Shown here: positions 28,388 through 38,930 of the stretch, piece by piece
Layout: every line of letters begins with the position of its first letter
How positions within the stretch are numbered: position 1 is the stretch's first letter
DNA from: Thiohalorhabdus sp.
Lineage (GTDB): Bacteria; Pseudomonadota; Gammaproteobacteria; Thiohalorhabdales; Thiohalorhabdaceae
Direction of reading: 5' to 3'
NCBI RefSeq assembly: GCF_036628635.1
Contig: NZ_JAZKRM010000011.1
Coordinates: 3,468 to 67,467 of the forward strand
DNA: 64,000 nucleotides
Translations under genes and position numbers: made by a program
The notes under the pieces: generated by a model
The model's database searches: none
Told to the model about the DNA's origin: nothing
The model's input: the letters and a program-made list of their open reading frames with translations, nothing else

Positions 28388-28710
28388 CGGGGCAGGGCGG
28401 GATCGATCCGGTCGGACCAGGCGTCGATGCCGCCGGCCAGGTTGCGGACGTTGGTGTAGCCCTGGTGGCGCAGGAAGCGGGTGACCTGCATGCTACGCAC
28501 GCCGTGGTGGCACATCACCACCAGCTGGCGGTCGGCGGGGAGCTCGTCCAGACGGGCCGGAATCTCGCCCATGGGGATATGGACGGCGTCCTCCAGGGCG
28601 CACACGGCGAGCTCGCGCGGCTCGCGAACGTCCAGGACCACCGGCGGCGGCACCGCCTGGCGCAGGCGGGCGAGGGTGTCGACGTCGATCTCTATGGTAT
28701 CGGGATGCAT
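28381..28710 (-). CDS. single-domain rhodanese-like sulfurtransferase
   Basis: LDVREPRE, active-site loop [10 protein letters not shown] and trailing NLAGGIDAW. Confidence 0.85.
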   Translation of the reverse strand: MHPDTIEIDVDTLARLRQAVPPPVVLDVREPRELAVCALEDAVHIPMGEIPARLDELPADRQLVVMCHHGVRSMQVTRFLRHQGYTNVRNLAGGIDAWSDRIDPALPRY

Positions 28711-28850
28711 GGCAATTCCGCTTATGGTTAAAGGTTCCCCACTACGGGACCCGATCCGGTCCGGAAAAGTTCAACCGGGGGATGGCCGCTCCTTTTGCTC
28801 TCCGCTAGCCTGTCCCCCCTAATAGCCCGATCCCGGAAAGGAATCAGCGC

Positions 28851-29423
28851 ATGTCCCTGTTAGTCCTCGGCCTCGTCCTGTTCATCGGTGTCCATTCGGT
28901 GTCCATCGTCAGCCATCAGTGGCGCGATGCCGCCGCCACCCGCCTGGGAGAGGGGGTCTGGAAGCTTCTGTACAGCATCGTGGCGGTTTGCGGCCTGGTC
29001 CTGATCGTCGCCGGCTACGGCATGGCGCGCCAGGATCCCAGCGTGCTCTACGTGCCCCCGGAGTGGCTGCGCCACCTGAGCATGCTGCTGCTGGTGTTCG
29101 TGTTCCCCATGGTCCTGGCGGCCTATCTGCCGGGACGGATCCAGACTACCCTCAAGCACCCCCTGCTGGTGGCGGTCAAGACGTGGGCCCTGGCCCACCT
29201 CCTGGTTAACGGGACCGTTGCCGACGTGGTCCTGTTCGGCGTCCTCCTGGTTTGGGCGGTGGCCGACCGCATCTCCCTCAAGCGCCGGCCCGCCCGGCCA
29301 GCGCCGTCGCTGCCCTGGACCAAGGCCAACGACGTGGTCGCCGTGGTCGGCGGCCTGGGCATCTATCTGGCCCTGGTCATGGGTGGCCATCAGTGGCTGT
29401 TCGGGGTGGGCGTAGCCACCTGA
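28851..29423 (+). CDS. NnrU-family membrane protein
   Basis: Start MSLLVLGLVLFIGVHSV and a five-helix layout with the LAHLLVNG motif. Confidence 0.7.
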   Translation: MSLLVLGLVLFIGVHSVSIVSHQWRDAAATRLGEGVWKLLYSIVAVCGLVLIVAGYGMARQDPSVLYVPPEWLRHLSMLLLVFVFPMVLAAYLPGRIQTTLKHPLLVAVKTWALAHLLVNGTVADVVLFGVLLVWAVADRISLKRRPARPAPSLPWTKANDVVAVVGGLGIYLALVMGGHQWLFGVGVAT

Positions 29424-29484
29424 TCCGGATCCAACCGGTTACCGACGACCCGGGGTCCAAAGCCGGCCCTGGGTAGTTTTTGCT

Positions 29485-32400
29485 TCAGGCCGCCCGGTTG
29501 CGCCAAGGCTGGCGCTCCCGCAAGCGCAGCACCACCACCGTCAGGGCAGGCAGGAAGGTCAGGGCGACGATGGCGGCGCCCAGGATGCCGAAAAGCACGA
29601 TGGCGCCCATGCCCCGATAGAGCTCGGTGCCCTCCCCGGGGATGACCACCAGCGGTGCCAGGCCGAAGATGGTGGTGATGGTGGACATGGCGATGGGCCG
29701 CAGGCGTGCGCTGACCGCTTCGGCCACCGCCTCGCGGGCGGCCATGCCGGCTTCGCGGGCGTTTGCGGCGGCCCGGTGGACGATGAGGATGGGGTTGTTC
29801 ACCACCGTGCCCATGAGGATCAAAAAGCCCAACATGGCGATCATGTCGAAGGGCTGGTGGATGGCGCTGAGCCCGACCAGGGGCAGGGCGGCGCCCACCC
29901 CGTTGAGTACCCACAGGCCCAGGATGCCGCCGGCCACGCCCAGGGGAATGGCGGTCATGATCAGCAGCGGATAGCCCCAGTGGCGGAATATGGCCACCAT
30001 AATCAGGTAGATCAGGGCCCCAGCCACCAGGTAGTTGAATTGCAGGGCCTCCCGGGTGGCCTGGAGCTGGTCGCTGGCGCCGCTGATGGTCACCGACACG
30101 TCGCGGGGTATGTCGCCGGTGCGCCGGAGGTGATCGAGGACATCCGCGCGCACCCGGTCGATGCCGGTCTCCAGCGGCACGTCGCGGGGCGGAATGATAT
30201 TGAGGGTAACGGTGCGCCGACCGTCGATGCGGCGCACATTGCTGGTGTCCACCGTCTCGCGGATGTCGGCCATGGCGGACAGAGGCAGAGTGGTGCCCTG
30301 CGGCGTGTGCACCGGGATCTGGTCCAGGCCGTCGAGGGCGATGTCAGGTCCCTGCTCACCGTAGAGGAAGATGTCGATCTTGTCGTCGTCGAGGAAGAAC
30401 TCGTCGACGAAGGCGCCGTCGGTCAGGGCCGCTACCGTGAAGCCCAGCTCCGCAGCGTTCAGCCCCAGCTCGCTGGCCCGGTCCCAGTCCGGATGGACCT
30501 CCACCATGGGCTGGGACAGCGACAGGGTGGCCGGCCGGGCCTGGATGCGCGGGGTGTCGAAGATCGCCTGGGCGCGGTTGTAGGCGCTGCTCGCGGCGTC
30601 GTAGATGTGCGCCAGACGCGGCCCGGAGATGTCCAGGTTAATGGAGCGGGTGCCGCCCTCGTTGCTGGTGATGATGGAGCCACGCGAGGCGAAGGCGCGC
30701 ATGCCCGGATAGGCCTCGAACCGCTTCTGGATTACGTCCATTAGCGCGAAGATATGGTCCGGATCCTTGGACTCGGCGATGACGAACACCTGCTGGGGCC
30801 GCACGAACATGATGAAGTAAGCCAGCGGTGGGATTTCGGTTTCGCCGCGCTCGAAGGCGGCCGGCTCTTTGTCCAGATGGGCCAGGAACTCGGCCTGGAT
30901 CTCCTTGCCGATGGCGTGCATGGTCGCCAGGTTGTAGCCGGGCGGGGCGTTCATCTGGGCGAATGTCTTGGCCTCCTCGCCCTCAGGCAGGTATTCGGCG
31001 GGGGGAGTGAGCCAGGCGATGATGGCGAAGCTCGCCGCCACAATGGCGGCGATGGTAATGACCCGGCGGGGGCGGGTTGCGATGAGCCCGCGGATCCACG
31101 CCAGGACCTGGCCGCGCAGGCCGCGCGCGTCCAGGGCCTCCACCTCGCCGCTGCCGTGGTTACCGAAACTCAGTCGCGCGCTGCCGGTGGGAATGACGGT
31201 GATGGCCACCAGCATGGAGGCCAGGATGGAGGCGGATACGGCGATGGCCACGTCCGAATACAGCTGGCCCGCCTCCTGCTCGATGAACAGGATGGGCACG
31301 AACACCAGCACCGTGGTCAGGGTGGAGGCCAGAACCGCCGGCCACACCTTCTGCACCCCGGCCACTGCGGCGTCGAACCGGGCCCGGCCCTTGCGCCGCT
31401 CCAGCTCGATGCTCTCCAGCACCACAATGCTGTTGTCCAGGGTCATGCCGATGGCGAAAGCCACGCCGGCGAGGGAGATGACATTGATGCTGCGGCCCAG
31501 CGCCAGAAGCCCCAGGAAGGCGGCGATGGTGCACACGGGGATGCCGATCACGCCCACGGCGGTGGCCTGGCCCGAGCGCAGGAAGGCGAACATCACCAGG
31601 GTGGCCAGCAGGGCGCCGAGCCCCAGATTGAACCAGACGTTGCCCAGCGAGCTGGTGACGTAGCGCACGTCGTCGGTGGTCAGGGTGAGGCGCATGCCCG
31701 CGGGCTCGAGCAGCTCGCGGTTGATGGCCTCGATCTCGGGCAGCACCCCTTCCTTGATGTCGATGACGTTGGCGCCGCTCTCGCGGTTGATGGACAGCCG
31801 GATCACCGACTTGCCGTTGACGTAGGAGCGCTCGCGGATCTCGAAGTGGCCCAGCGAGACCTCGGCCACCTGGTGGAGGCGGGTGACGCTGTCGCCGCGG
31901 CGGGCCACGATCAGCTCGCGCAGGTCGTCGACGCTGTCGAAGCGGCCGATGGTGCGCAGCAGATAGCGCCGCTTGCCCGATTCGAGATCGCCGCCGGAGA
32001 TGTCCTGGTTGCGCTCGACAATGGCCCGGCGCACCTGGGGCACCGTGAGGCTCCGCTCGGCCAGGCGGTCGGAGTCCAGGCGGATGCGGATCTGGCGCTC
32101 GGCGCCGCCGCCGACATCCACCTGCGACACCCCCTCCACGCTCTCCAGGCGCACCGCCACGTTGTCCTCAACAAAATCGCGCATCATGGTCATGTCCAGG
32201 CCGCGCGGGTTGCCCTCGAGCGGGGCCACGCGCAGGTACATGAACGAGTTCTGTGAGAACGAGGCGGCGTAGATGCGGGGCTGGTCGACGTTGTCGGGGT
32301 AGGAAGGGACCTGGCTTAGGGCGTTGTTGACCCGGATCAGGGTCTCGTTCATGTCCACCCCGTAGGGAAACTCCAGCTCGATCTCGGCCTCGCCGCTTGA

Positions 32401-32646
32401 GGCCCGCGAGACCAGGCGGTGCAGGCTGGCCAAGTTGCGCAGGTACTCCTCCTGCTCGACCAGGATCTCTTTCTCGATGTCCTGGGGGGTGGCCCCGGGC
32501 CAGCGGGTCTCCACGGTAACCGTGCGCACCTCCAGGTCCGGGATCATCTGCACCGGCAGGCCCAGGGCCGCCACCACGCCCAAAACGCAAAGGATGAGCA
32601 CCACCACCGTGGTGATGATGCCGTTGCGGACAATGCCGGCGAACAC
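29485..32646 (-). CDS. RND (AcrB/HAE1-type) efflux permease
   Basis: 1053 aa with a 12-TM RND architecture and typical N-terminus (IRNGIITTVVVLILCVLG). Confidence 0.9.
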   Translation of the reverse strand: MFAGIVRNGIITTVVVLILCVLGVVAALGLPVQMIPDLEVRTVTVETRWPGATPQDIEKEILVEQEEYLRNLASLHRLVSRASSGEAEIELEFPYGVDMNETLIRVNNALSQVPSYPDNVDQPRIYAASFSQNSFMYLRVAPLEGNPRGLDMTMMRDFVEDNVAVRLESVEGVSQVDVGGGAERQIRIRLDSDRLAERSLTVPQVRRAIVERNQDISGGDLESGKRRYLLRTIGRFDSVDDLRELIVARRGDSVTRLHQVAEVSLGHFEIRERSYVNGKSVIRLSINRESGANVIDIKEGVLPEIEAINRELLEPAGMRLTLTTDDVRYVTSSLGNVWFNLGLGALLATLVMFAFLRSGQATAVGVIGIPVCTIAAFLGLLALGRSINVISLAGVAFAIGMTLDNSIVVLESIELERRKGRARFDAAVAGVQKVWPAVLASTLTTVLVFVPILFIEQEAGQLYSDVAIAVSASILASMLVAITVIPTGSARLSFGNHGSGEVEALDARGLRGQVLAWIRGLIATRPRRVITIAAIVAASFAIIAWLTPPAEYLPEGEEAKTFAQMNAPPGYNLATMHAIGKEIQAEFLAHLDKEPAAFERGETEIPPLAYFIMFVRPQQVFVIAESKDPDHIFALMDVIQKRFEAYPGMRAFASRGSIITSNEGGTRSINLDISGPRLAHIYDAASSAYNRAQAIFDTPRIQARPATLSLSQPMVEVHPDWDRASELGLNAAELGFTVAALTDGAFVDEFFLDDDKIDIFLYGEQGPDIALDGLDQIPVHTPQGTTLPLSAMADIRETVDTSNVRRIDGRRTVTLNIIPPRDVPLETGIDRVRADVLDHLRRTGDIPRDVSVTISGASDQLQATREALQFNYLVAGALIYLIMVAIFRHWGYPLLIMTAIPLGVAGGILGLWVLNGVGAALPLVGLSAIHQPFDMIAMLGFLILMGTVVNNPILIVHRAAANAREAGMAAREAVAEAVSARLRPIAMSTITTIFGLAPLVVIPGEGTELYRGMGAIVLFGILGAAIVALTFLPALTVVVLRLRERQPWRNRAA

Positions 32647-32650
32647 GGCG

Positions 32651-33802
32651 CTAGTCCTCCCCGGTCAAGCGCACGCTCTGGCCCGGCTCGAGGGCCTCGT
32701 TGCCGCGGGTGACCACCCGGGCTCCGGCCTCGATTCCGGAGCGGATCTCCACCCGGCCGTCGAAGCTCAGCCCGGTCTCCACCGTCTGTTCGCGGGCAGT
32801 GGCCTCGCCGCCGTTCGCCACCGTCCATACCGTGACCCGGCCGTCGGGGTAGCGGAGGAGGGCGTCGCGGGGCACCACCACTCCCTCGCGGCCGGTGGCC
32901 AGGCGCAGAGTAGCGCGGGCCGACATGCCTGGGGTGATGGCCAGTTCGTCGGCCTCGGGATAGATGCGCACGGTGAAGGTGCGGGCCTCGGGATCGCTCA
33001 CCGGGATGGTGGCACCCACGTAGGCGTCGATGGCCCGATTCCCCAGCGCCTCCAGGGAGACGGTAACGGGGGTGTCGGTGTCGATCCGGGGGTAGTGGGC
33101 CTGGGGGGCCGGGAAGTCCAGGCGCAGTCCGTCCATGGCCACCAGCTCCACCACCGCCGTGCCGGGGTCGATCCATTCTCCAGGAGCGGTGAGCTTGTCG
33201 CTCACCACGCCGTCGAATGGGGCCGCGATGCGATGGCGGGCAACGCGCTCTTGCTGGTGGGCGGCCTCGGCCTGCAGGCGCTGCAGGGCGGCTTCCTGGA
33301 TGCGGACCTGGGCCTCCCGGGAGCGCACCTCGGAGGCGGGGATGTTCTTCTCCTGGGCCAGGCGGCGGGCCTCCTCCAGGCGACGGCGGGCGTCGGCGAG
33401 CTCGGCCTCGGCCTCGGCGACGGCGGCCCGGTCTCGGCGAAGCTGCAGGCTCGCCAGCTTCGGATCCAGCTCGGCCAGATCGGCGCCGGTCCCGACCCGG
33501 TCGCCGCTGTCGATGTGAACGCGCGCCACTTGCCCAGCCACCGAGGTGGAGACCCGCGCCACCCGGGGCGAGGTGACCGTCCCAGTTAGGCGGACCTCGC
33601 GCACGATAGGGGCGGTTTCGGCGGTGGCGGTGGCTACCTCGGGGGCGTCGTCCTGGGCCGGCGCTACAGGCGGCAAGGCCACAAGGCCCAGAAGGACCAG
33701 AGCGCGTAGCCCCATGCCGCGTAGAGAGGCGGCTGAATGGCGGAGCAAGGGGAACATGAAACCGGTGATTCTCAGGTCTGCGGGCTTTTTCGGGATTCTC
33801 AC
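32651..33802 (-). CDS. RND efflux periplasmic adaptor (membrane fusion protein)
   Basis: Coiled-coil hairpin region, barrel-sandwich motifs and a C-terminal VVTRGNEALEPGQSV. It sits 4 nt upstream of the permease. The start is uncertain (Met codons at 33802, 33757 and 33715). Confidence 0.8.
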   Translation of the reverse strand: MRIPKKPADLRITGFMFPLLRHSAASLRGMGLRALVLLGLVALPPVAPAQDDAPEVATATAETAPIVREVRLTGTVTSPRVARVSTSVAGQVARVHIDSGDRVGTGADLAELDPKLASLQLRRDRAAVAEAEAELADARRRLEEARRLAQEKNIPASEVRSREAQVRIQEAALQRLQAEAAHQQERVARHRIAAPFDGVVSDKLTAPGEWIDPGTAVVELVAMDGLRLDFPAPQAHYPRIDTDTPVTVSLEALGNRAIDAYVGATIPVSDPEARTFTVRIYPEADELAITPGMSARATLRLATGREGVVVPRDALLRYPDGRVTVWTVANGGEATAREQTVETGLSFDGRVEIRSGIEAGARVVTRGNEALEPGQSVRLTGED

Positions 33803-33902
33803 GCACAGCGAAGGAGCCGTCCATGCCGGGGTGCGCTCCCTCGCAGCTCCGGGCGCCGCCGGTGGTTAGAGAGATCTGCCTGGGACCAGGAGGCGGCGGT
33901 TC

Positions 33903-34238
33903 CTAAGATGCTCCGGCCGAGGTGTTAGGGCTACCGGTGGCCAGACCTGCCGCCTCCGGCCCCTCGGTCACCAGGCGCTCCTTGGTCGGCCTTGAGAGGG
34001 CTTTGATGGCTCGCTCCAGCTGGAGGGCGGTGCCTCGATCCAGACCGTCCAGCTGCCACAGGAGGCGTCGGGGGCCACCGGCCATGCGTACCGCACGCGC
34101 GCCGCGGCCGGCCTCGTGGTCCCGGTAGCGGGCCATGGGGTCGGTGGCAACGCCGGTGTAGTAGCTGCCGGCGGCGGTTTCGAGGATGTAGACGCTCCAC
34201 TGGGCGGTCACGGCGGCTCCCGGGGATTTTGCCGCCAA
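33903..34238 (-). CDS. GIY-YIG domain protein (UPF0213/YhbQ-like)
   Basis: WSVYILETAAGSYYTGVATD...R..H followed by a helical tail, typical of stand-alone GIY-YIG proteins. Confidence 0.7.
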   Translation of the reverse strand: MAAKSPGAAVTAQWSVYILETAAGSYYTGVATDPMARYRDHEAGRGARAVRMAGGPRRLLWQLDGLDRGTALQLERAIKALSRPTKERLVTEGPEAAGLATGSPNTSAGAS

Positions 34239-34373
34239 CTTACCACTCCCCCGCGGGTGAACGAAGCGAATACTTCGGCATCTAATCCGTTCTGCCCAGG
34301 ATTGCCCTTTGTGGCAAAATGCCCGGTTACGTCACAGCCTTTATTTTTTGGTAGTCTCTTAACGGAATTCCGC

Positions 34374-36278
34374 ATGGCTCTGATTACTTTGAAGAACGTC
34401 GAAGTCAGCGTAGGCGGCCCCCGACCCTTGCTGGAGGGGGCCGAGCTGGCCATCGAGCCCGGTGAGCGCATCTGCATCGTCGGCCGAAACGGCTCGGGCA
34501 AATCCACCCTGCTGCGGTTGCTCAACCAGGAATTCGAGCCTGACGAGGGTTCCATCCGCTTCCAGCCGGGCATCCGGGTGGCCAAGCTTACCCAGGAAGT
34601 CCCCGAAGGGACCGAAGGCTCCGTCTACGAGGTGGTCTCCCACGCCTTGGGGCATCTGGGCGACCTGCTTGCGGAATTCCACCACCTCAGCCAGAACCTG
34701 CACGCCGACGGTGCCGCCGAGCGCATGGGCCAGGTCCAGGCCCGGCTCGACGAGGAGGGCGGCTGGGACATCGGCACCCGGGTGGACGAGGTGGTTACCC
34801 GGCTGGATCTGGATCCCGAGGCCGACTTCAACCAGCTCTCCGGGGGGCTCAAGCGTCGCGTCCTGCTTGCTCAGGCCCTGGTGCGCCAGCCGGACGTGCT
34901 GCTGCTGGACGAGCCCACCAACCATCTGGACATCGACAACATCAACTGGCTCCAGGACTTCCTGCGTAACTTCGCCGGCGCCCTGGTGTTCGTCACCCAC
35001 GACCGCAGCTTCTTGCAGGCCCTGGCCACGCGCATCGTGGAGATCGACAGGGGTGAGCTCGCCAGCTGGCCCGGGGACTACCATACCTACCTGCGCCGCC
35101 GGGAGGAGAAGCTCAACGCCGAGGCCCAGGAGCAGGCGCGGTTCGATAAGAAGCTGGCTGAGGAGGAGGCGTGGATCCGGCAGGGCATCAAGGCGCGGCG
35201 CAAGCGCAACCAAGGCCGCGTGCGCCAGCTCCAGGAGATGCGGGCCCAGCGCGCCGCCCGCCGCGAGCAGCAGGGCAACGTGCGCATGGAGGCGTCCCAG
35301 GCGGACAAAACCGGCAAGCGGGTGATCGAGGCCGAGGAGGTCAACTTCAGCTACGACGGCCAGCCCATCGTCCGGAACCTGACCACTACGGTCATGCGGG
35401 GTGACCGCATCGGCCTGATCGGCCCCAACGGCTCGGGCAAGACCACCCTGATCCGCCTGCTGCTGGGCGAGCTGGCGCCCGACAGCGGCACCGTGGACGT
35501 GGGCACCAACCTGCAGGTTGCCTACTTTGATCAGCAGCGGGCCCAGCTCGACGAGACCCGCACCGCCGCCGACAACGTCGCCGGGGGCCGAGAGCACGTC
35601 ACCGTGGGCGGCAAGGACCGCCACGTCATCGGGTATCTGCAGGATTTCCTGTTCACACCAGATCGGGCGCGCTCACCCATCACCCGGCTGTCCGGTGGGG
35701 AGCGCAACCGCCTGCTGCTGTCCCGGCTTTTCGCCCAGCCCTCCAATGTCCTGGTGATGGACGAGCCCACCAACGACCTGGACATCGAGACCCTGGAGCT
35801 GCTGGAGGAGCTGGTGGCCGGCTACGAGGGTACGGTGCTGCTGGTCTCCCACGACCGCGCCTTCCTGGACAACGTCGTCACCAGCGTTCTGGTGCTCGAG
35901 GGCGAGGGCCGCGTTGCGGAGTACGTGGGCGGCTACAGCGACTGGCTGGAACAACGATCGCCGGCGCCGGCCAATGGGCAGCAGGGGGCCGCCGCCGACA
36001 ATCCTCCCGCAACGGAAACCGCCAAGCCCAGGGCTCCCAAGGCGAGCCCCAAGGGGCTTAGCAACTGGGAGCGGCGCGAGCTGGACGAGCTGCCTGTCCG
36101 AATCGAGGATCTCGAAGGCCGTATCGAGGCCCTTACCGGCCGGTTGGGCGATCCAGCGGTGTACCAGGATGCGGCAACCGACCTTCAGGCGCTCCATAGC
36201 GAGCTGAGCGAGCTCCAGGCCGAGCTGGACAGCGCCTATCGGCGCTGGGAGGAGCTGGAGCAGAAGGAAGCCGGCTGA
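34374..36278 (+). CDS. uup: ABC-F family ATPase Uup
   Basis: Two ABC cassettes (GRNGSGKST, LSGGLKRR; GPNGSGKTT, LSGGERNR) and a C-terminal coiled-coil tail. Confidence 0.9.
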   Translation: MALITLKNVEVSVGGPRPLLEGAELAIEPGERICIVGRNGSGKSTLLRLLNQEFEPDEGSIRFQPGIRVAKLTQEVPEGTEGSVYEVVSHALGHLGDLLAEFHHLSQNLHADGAAERMGQVQARLDEEGGWDIGTRVDEVVTRLDLDPEADFNQLSGGLKRRVLLAQALVRQPDVLLLDEPTNHLDIDNINWLQDFLRNFAGALVFVTHDRSFLQALATRIVEIDRGELASWPGDYHTYLRRREEKLNAEAQEQARFDKKLAEEEAWIRQGIKARRKRNQGRVRQLQEMRAQRAARREQQGNVRMEASQADKTGKRVIEAEEVNFSYDGQPIVRNLTTTVMRGDRIGLIGPNGSGKTTLIRLLLGELAPDSGTVDVGTNLQVAYFDQQRAQLDETRTAADNVAGGREHVTVGGKDRHVIGYLQDFLFTPDRARSPITRLSGGERNRLLLSRLFAQPSNVLVMDEPTNDLDIETLELLEELVAGYEGTVLLVSHDRAFLDNVVTSVLVLEGEGRVAEYVGGYSDWLEQRSPAPANGQQGAAADNPPATETAKPRAPKASPKGLSNWERRELDELPVRIEDLEGRIEALTGRLGDPAVYQDAATDLQALHSELSELQAELDSAYRRWEELEQKEAG

Positions 36279-36348
36279 AAGCACTTGCTTGTCCCCGCTT
36301 GTCTTAGCGGCGTAGGCTGGCATGGGGGGCGTTTTGAAGGAGGGTGTC

Positions 36349-36843
36349 ATGGCCGGTAGGCTGGTGAGGTTGTTGGTGCCCGTTCTGCTTCTGGTGCCGG
36401 GGGTGGGCGCCGGCGATCACCCCGGCAAGGGGCCCGAAACCCTTGTGGGCGTGCCCGCCGTGATGGTGGCGGTGGATTCCCTGGACGCCCACTTCCAGGG
36501 CAGCGCTGTCAGCGAGGAGGCGGTCCGCCGGGCGGTACGCTCGTCGCTGGAAGACGCCAACATCGCCACGGGTCACGCGGAGGACGCTGCCCGGCTGCAT
36601 GTGCGTATCGAAAGCCGTCGGTCCAGCAGGCGCTTCCTGGCCCTGGCCATCGATCTGGAGCTGCGCCAGCCCGTCCGCCTCGACCGCGATCCAGAGCGGG
36701 TCTTCGCCGCCACCACCTGGAGTAACGCCGCCGTTTCCCCTCTGGAGATCGAAAACAGCGATGCCGTTCCCGAGCGGGTGGGCCGCTTCGTCGCCCATAC
36801 CTTTGTGCGGGACTTCCGTGCCGCGAATAGCGACCAACCCTAG
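36349..36843 (+). CDS. hypothetical secreted protein
   Basis: The ATG follows AAGGAGG. Has an N-terminal hydrophobic signal. No recognisable family. Confidence 0.5.
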   Translation: MAGRLVRLLVPVLLLVPGVGAGDHPGKGPETLVGVPAVMVAVDSLDAHFQGSAVSEEAVRRAVRSSLEDANIATGHAEDAARLHVRIESRRSSRRFLALAIDLELRQPVRLDRDPERVFAATTWSNAAVSPLEIENSDAVPERVGRFVAHTFVRDFRAANSDQP

Positions 36844-36862
36844 GCCAATGCCTTCCCTGCGG

Positions 36863-37453
36863 TCAGTCCCCGCCGCTTTCCTTGCTGGTTTGCTCCCCCT
36901 CCGGCCACTGCTGCGGGACCCGACGCAGGTCGTCGGTGTCGTAGCCCCGGTCGCGCAGGATCCCTACGAGGTTGTCGTAGCTTGCTTCGGATAGGGAAGG
37001 GGACCGAGCCATGACCCAGGCGTAGTCCCTGGCCCGCCTGCCGATGATGGTCCGGGTGTAGGTGTCGTCGAGGTAGACGATGCGGTACTCGAACCGGATC
37101 GGCCAGAAGAACTGCATGTCCCAGACCGCATTGCCCGACTCCGGCCGCACGAAGCCCATGGGGTGATAGGTGTAGACCTCGCCGTCGAAGCTCCCTTCCC
37201 GGAAACGGAAGGTAGTGGCGACCTGGCCATCTTCGGTCAGGCGATAGGATTCCACGGCATTGTGGGCGTTGGCCTCGAGGGGGGCGGGAACGTGGGCAAT
37301 CACGTACCAATCCCCCATGAAACGCTCCAGATCGACACTGGCCGCCGTTTTGATGGGCGGCTTTTGCGCCGAGCAGGCCGCCAGGGCTAGTGCGGCGCCG
37401 ATCAGGGTAAGCAAGGGCCGGATCCGGCTGAGGGAAGAAAGGCGGACAGGCAT
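36863..37453 (-). CDS. blc: outer-membrane lipocalin Blc
   Basis: Lipobox LALAAC and lipocalin motifs DLERFMGDWYVIA and YRIVYLDDTY. Confidence 0.85.
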   Translation of the reverse strand: MPVRLSSLSRIRPLLTLIGAALALAACSAQKPPIKTAASVDLERFMGDWYVIAHVPAPLEANAHNAVESYRLTEDGQVATTFRFREGSFDGEVYTYHPMGFVRPESGNAVWDMQFFWPIRFEYRIVYLDDTYTRTIIGRRARDYAWVMARSPSLSEASYDNLVGILRDRGYDTDDLRRVPQQWPEGEQTSKESGGD

Positions 37454-37458
37454 ACGGG

Positions 37459-38268
37459 TCAGTCCTTATTTGAAGGATCGGCGAGGAAAGGGTGGGTTGC
37501 CAGTGTCTGGGGTGTCGGCTGCTTCCCGGTCGGCGCATCCGTTGGAAAATCCACCCGCACCCTCGGATTATCGCCTTCGGGTGTGCGCAGATTGGACGGC
37601 CCCACATAACGCAGTAGGCGAGCGCTGTCCGGGTGGTAATAGACCTCGACCGGTTCAGCCAGCCAACGCAGCCAGAAGCGGGCAGGCTCCAGGCGTAGGT
37701 GAAGAGCGGGCTGGTCCAGCACACGGGTTGTCGCTACCTTGCGTACCCGGAAAGGGTAGGCGGTGAGGCGTCCCGGAACCAGGAAGTCGAAAGTCGGCGC
37801 TCGGCCCGCCTGCAACGCCTCCAGGCGATCAGCCACAAGGCGATCGAATCCGGCGTCGGCGACAAGGTTATCGGGTCTACCCAGCGATTCGCTTTGGGTT
37901 TGGCCATCCCCCACGGGCCGGTAAAAGACCTGGATTCCCTCTTCCCCTTGGCGCAGGCCTTCGCGGTAGGCGTTGACGGTCATGCGTAGTTCGAAGCGGG
38001 GGGCGTACGGGGTGCCGGTGTAGTTCAGGTATTTTTCCGCCAGTTGCTTGCCATCACCCGTACGATAGACCACACGCTCCGTCGTCAAACGGCCTTCCTT
38101 AACGGTCTCGAAATGGTCCTCGCGATAAAGAAACGCCTCCGAATCCGGCGCGTAGGCGTAGCCCACCCGGTCGGGAACCGGGTCGTCCCCGGGTTCGCCG
38201 TGGCTAACACCTGCCAACAGCCATGCCCCGATCAGGGCCGACGCCCGCCTTTTCCATGACTGCCTCAT
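37459..38268 (-). CDS. hypothetical periplasmic protein (269 aa)
   Basis: Signal peptide. Lies 5 nt upstream of blc on the same strand. No family recognised. Confidence 0.6.
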   Translation of the reverse strand: MRQSWKRRASALIGAWLLAGVSHGEPGDDPVPDRVGYAYAPDSEAFLYREDHFETVKEGRLTTERVVYRTGDGKQLAEKYLNYTGTPYAPRFELRMTVNAYREGLRQGEEGIQVFYRPVGDGQTQSESLGRPDNLVADAGFDRLVADRLEALQAGRAPTFDFLVPGRLTAYPFRVRKVATTRVLDQPALHLRLEPARFWLRWLAEPVEVYYHPDSARLLRYVGPSNLRTPEGDNPRVRVDFPTDAPTGKQPTPQTLATHPFLADPSNKD

Positions 38269-38770
38269 GAGGGCCTTCCCCCCGGATCTCCGATTATATG
38301 GCTTGCCAGCGGCAAACCCCCTGTTGGCTCTTTCGGCCCGGCCAAACGGTCTGAAATCTTGGGTCTATCCCGCTGACTACGGTGTCGCCAAAGGCTTTCC
38401 AGGCCGCTGGCGAAGGGCGCGCATCGGTTCGCCCTTTTTCCCAATGGCCCTGCACGGCCCACTACGGCTCGGCCTGCGCCGATAGCGATCCCCCGCCTCC
38501 GCCAATCATGGGCCGGACCCGGCCTAAGGAGGCTCTCGGTGAGTCGGCCCAGAATCTGGCCCCGACCGTTACCGGTGTGGGGTGGCCGGGGTGACGCGGA
38601 AACCGCGTAGGCGCCGGATCTCGATGCGGGTCGCCTTGGTTTTAATCTCGTGGACCACGGGCCGAATGGCCGCAACCGGCTGGTTGACGAGCCCCTCCTC
38701 CAAAGTTGTCGGTAAGGAACGGGCCAGGGTGGTCTGCCCCAGCCAGCTCGCTCTGCACCCTTCCCTTTAT

Positions 38771-38788
38771 AAAACGCTCAAAACGGTC
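38771..38788. promoter_or_regulatory. tandem half-site motif AAAACGCTCAAAACGGTC (copy 1)
   Basis: Same 18-nt architecture (AAAACGNT-C-AAAACGNT) as at 38913-38930, in the same orientation. Confidence 0.35.
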
Positions 38789-38912
38789 TTTCAATATTTT
38801 GATTGGTAGGCGGTCCCGCTCCCTGGTGCGGTCCCAACCTCCCAAAAGATTCCCAATTGATAGAGGATAAAGATAATCCATTGACAGGCTGCCCCCGCTG
38901 TGTCCAAATCTA

Positions 38913-38930
38913 AAAACGGTCAAAACGTTT
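38913..38930. promoter_or_regulatory. tandem half-site motif AAAACGGTCAAAACGTTT (copy 2), 17 nt upstream of the regulator ATG and downstream of a TTGACA at 38881
   Basis: Direct observation. The position is consistent with an autoregulatory operator overlapping the promoter or 5' UTR. Confidence 0.35.

Noticed and set aside
29485-33802. RND pump pair lacking an adjacent outer-membrane factor as a possible anomaly
   Set aside because: It is common for RND/MFP pairs to use an unlinked TolC-type channel, so this is not informative by itself.
38642-38881. 79-aa minus-strand ORF (MDYLYPLSIGNLLGGW...) divergent from the LitR-like gene
   Set aside because: Its codon usage is dominated by A/T-ending codons, unlike every confident gene here. 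It has no RBS and no recognisable family, and it overlaps the candidate operator and promoter elements. It is more likely non-coding AT-rich spacer.
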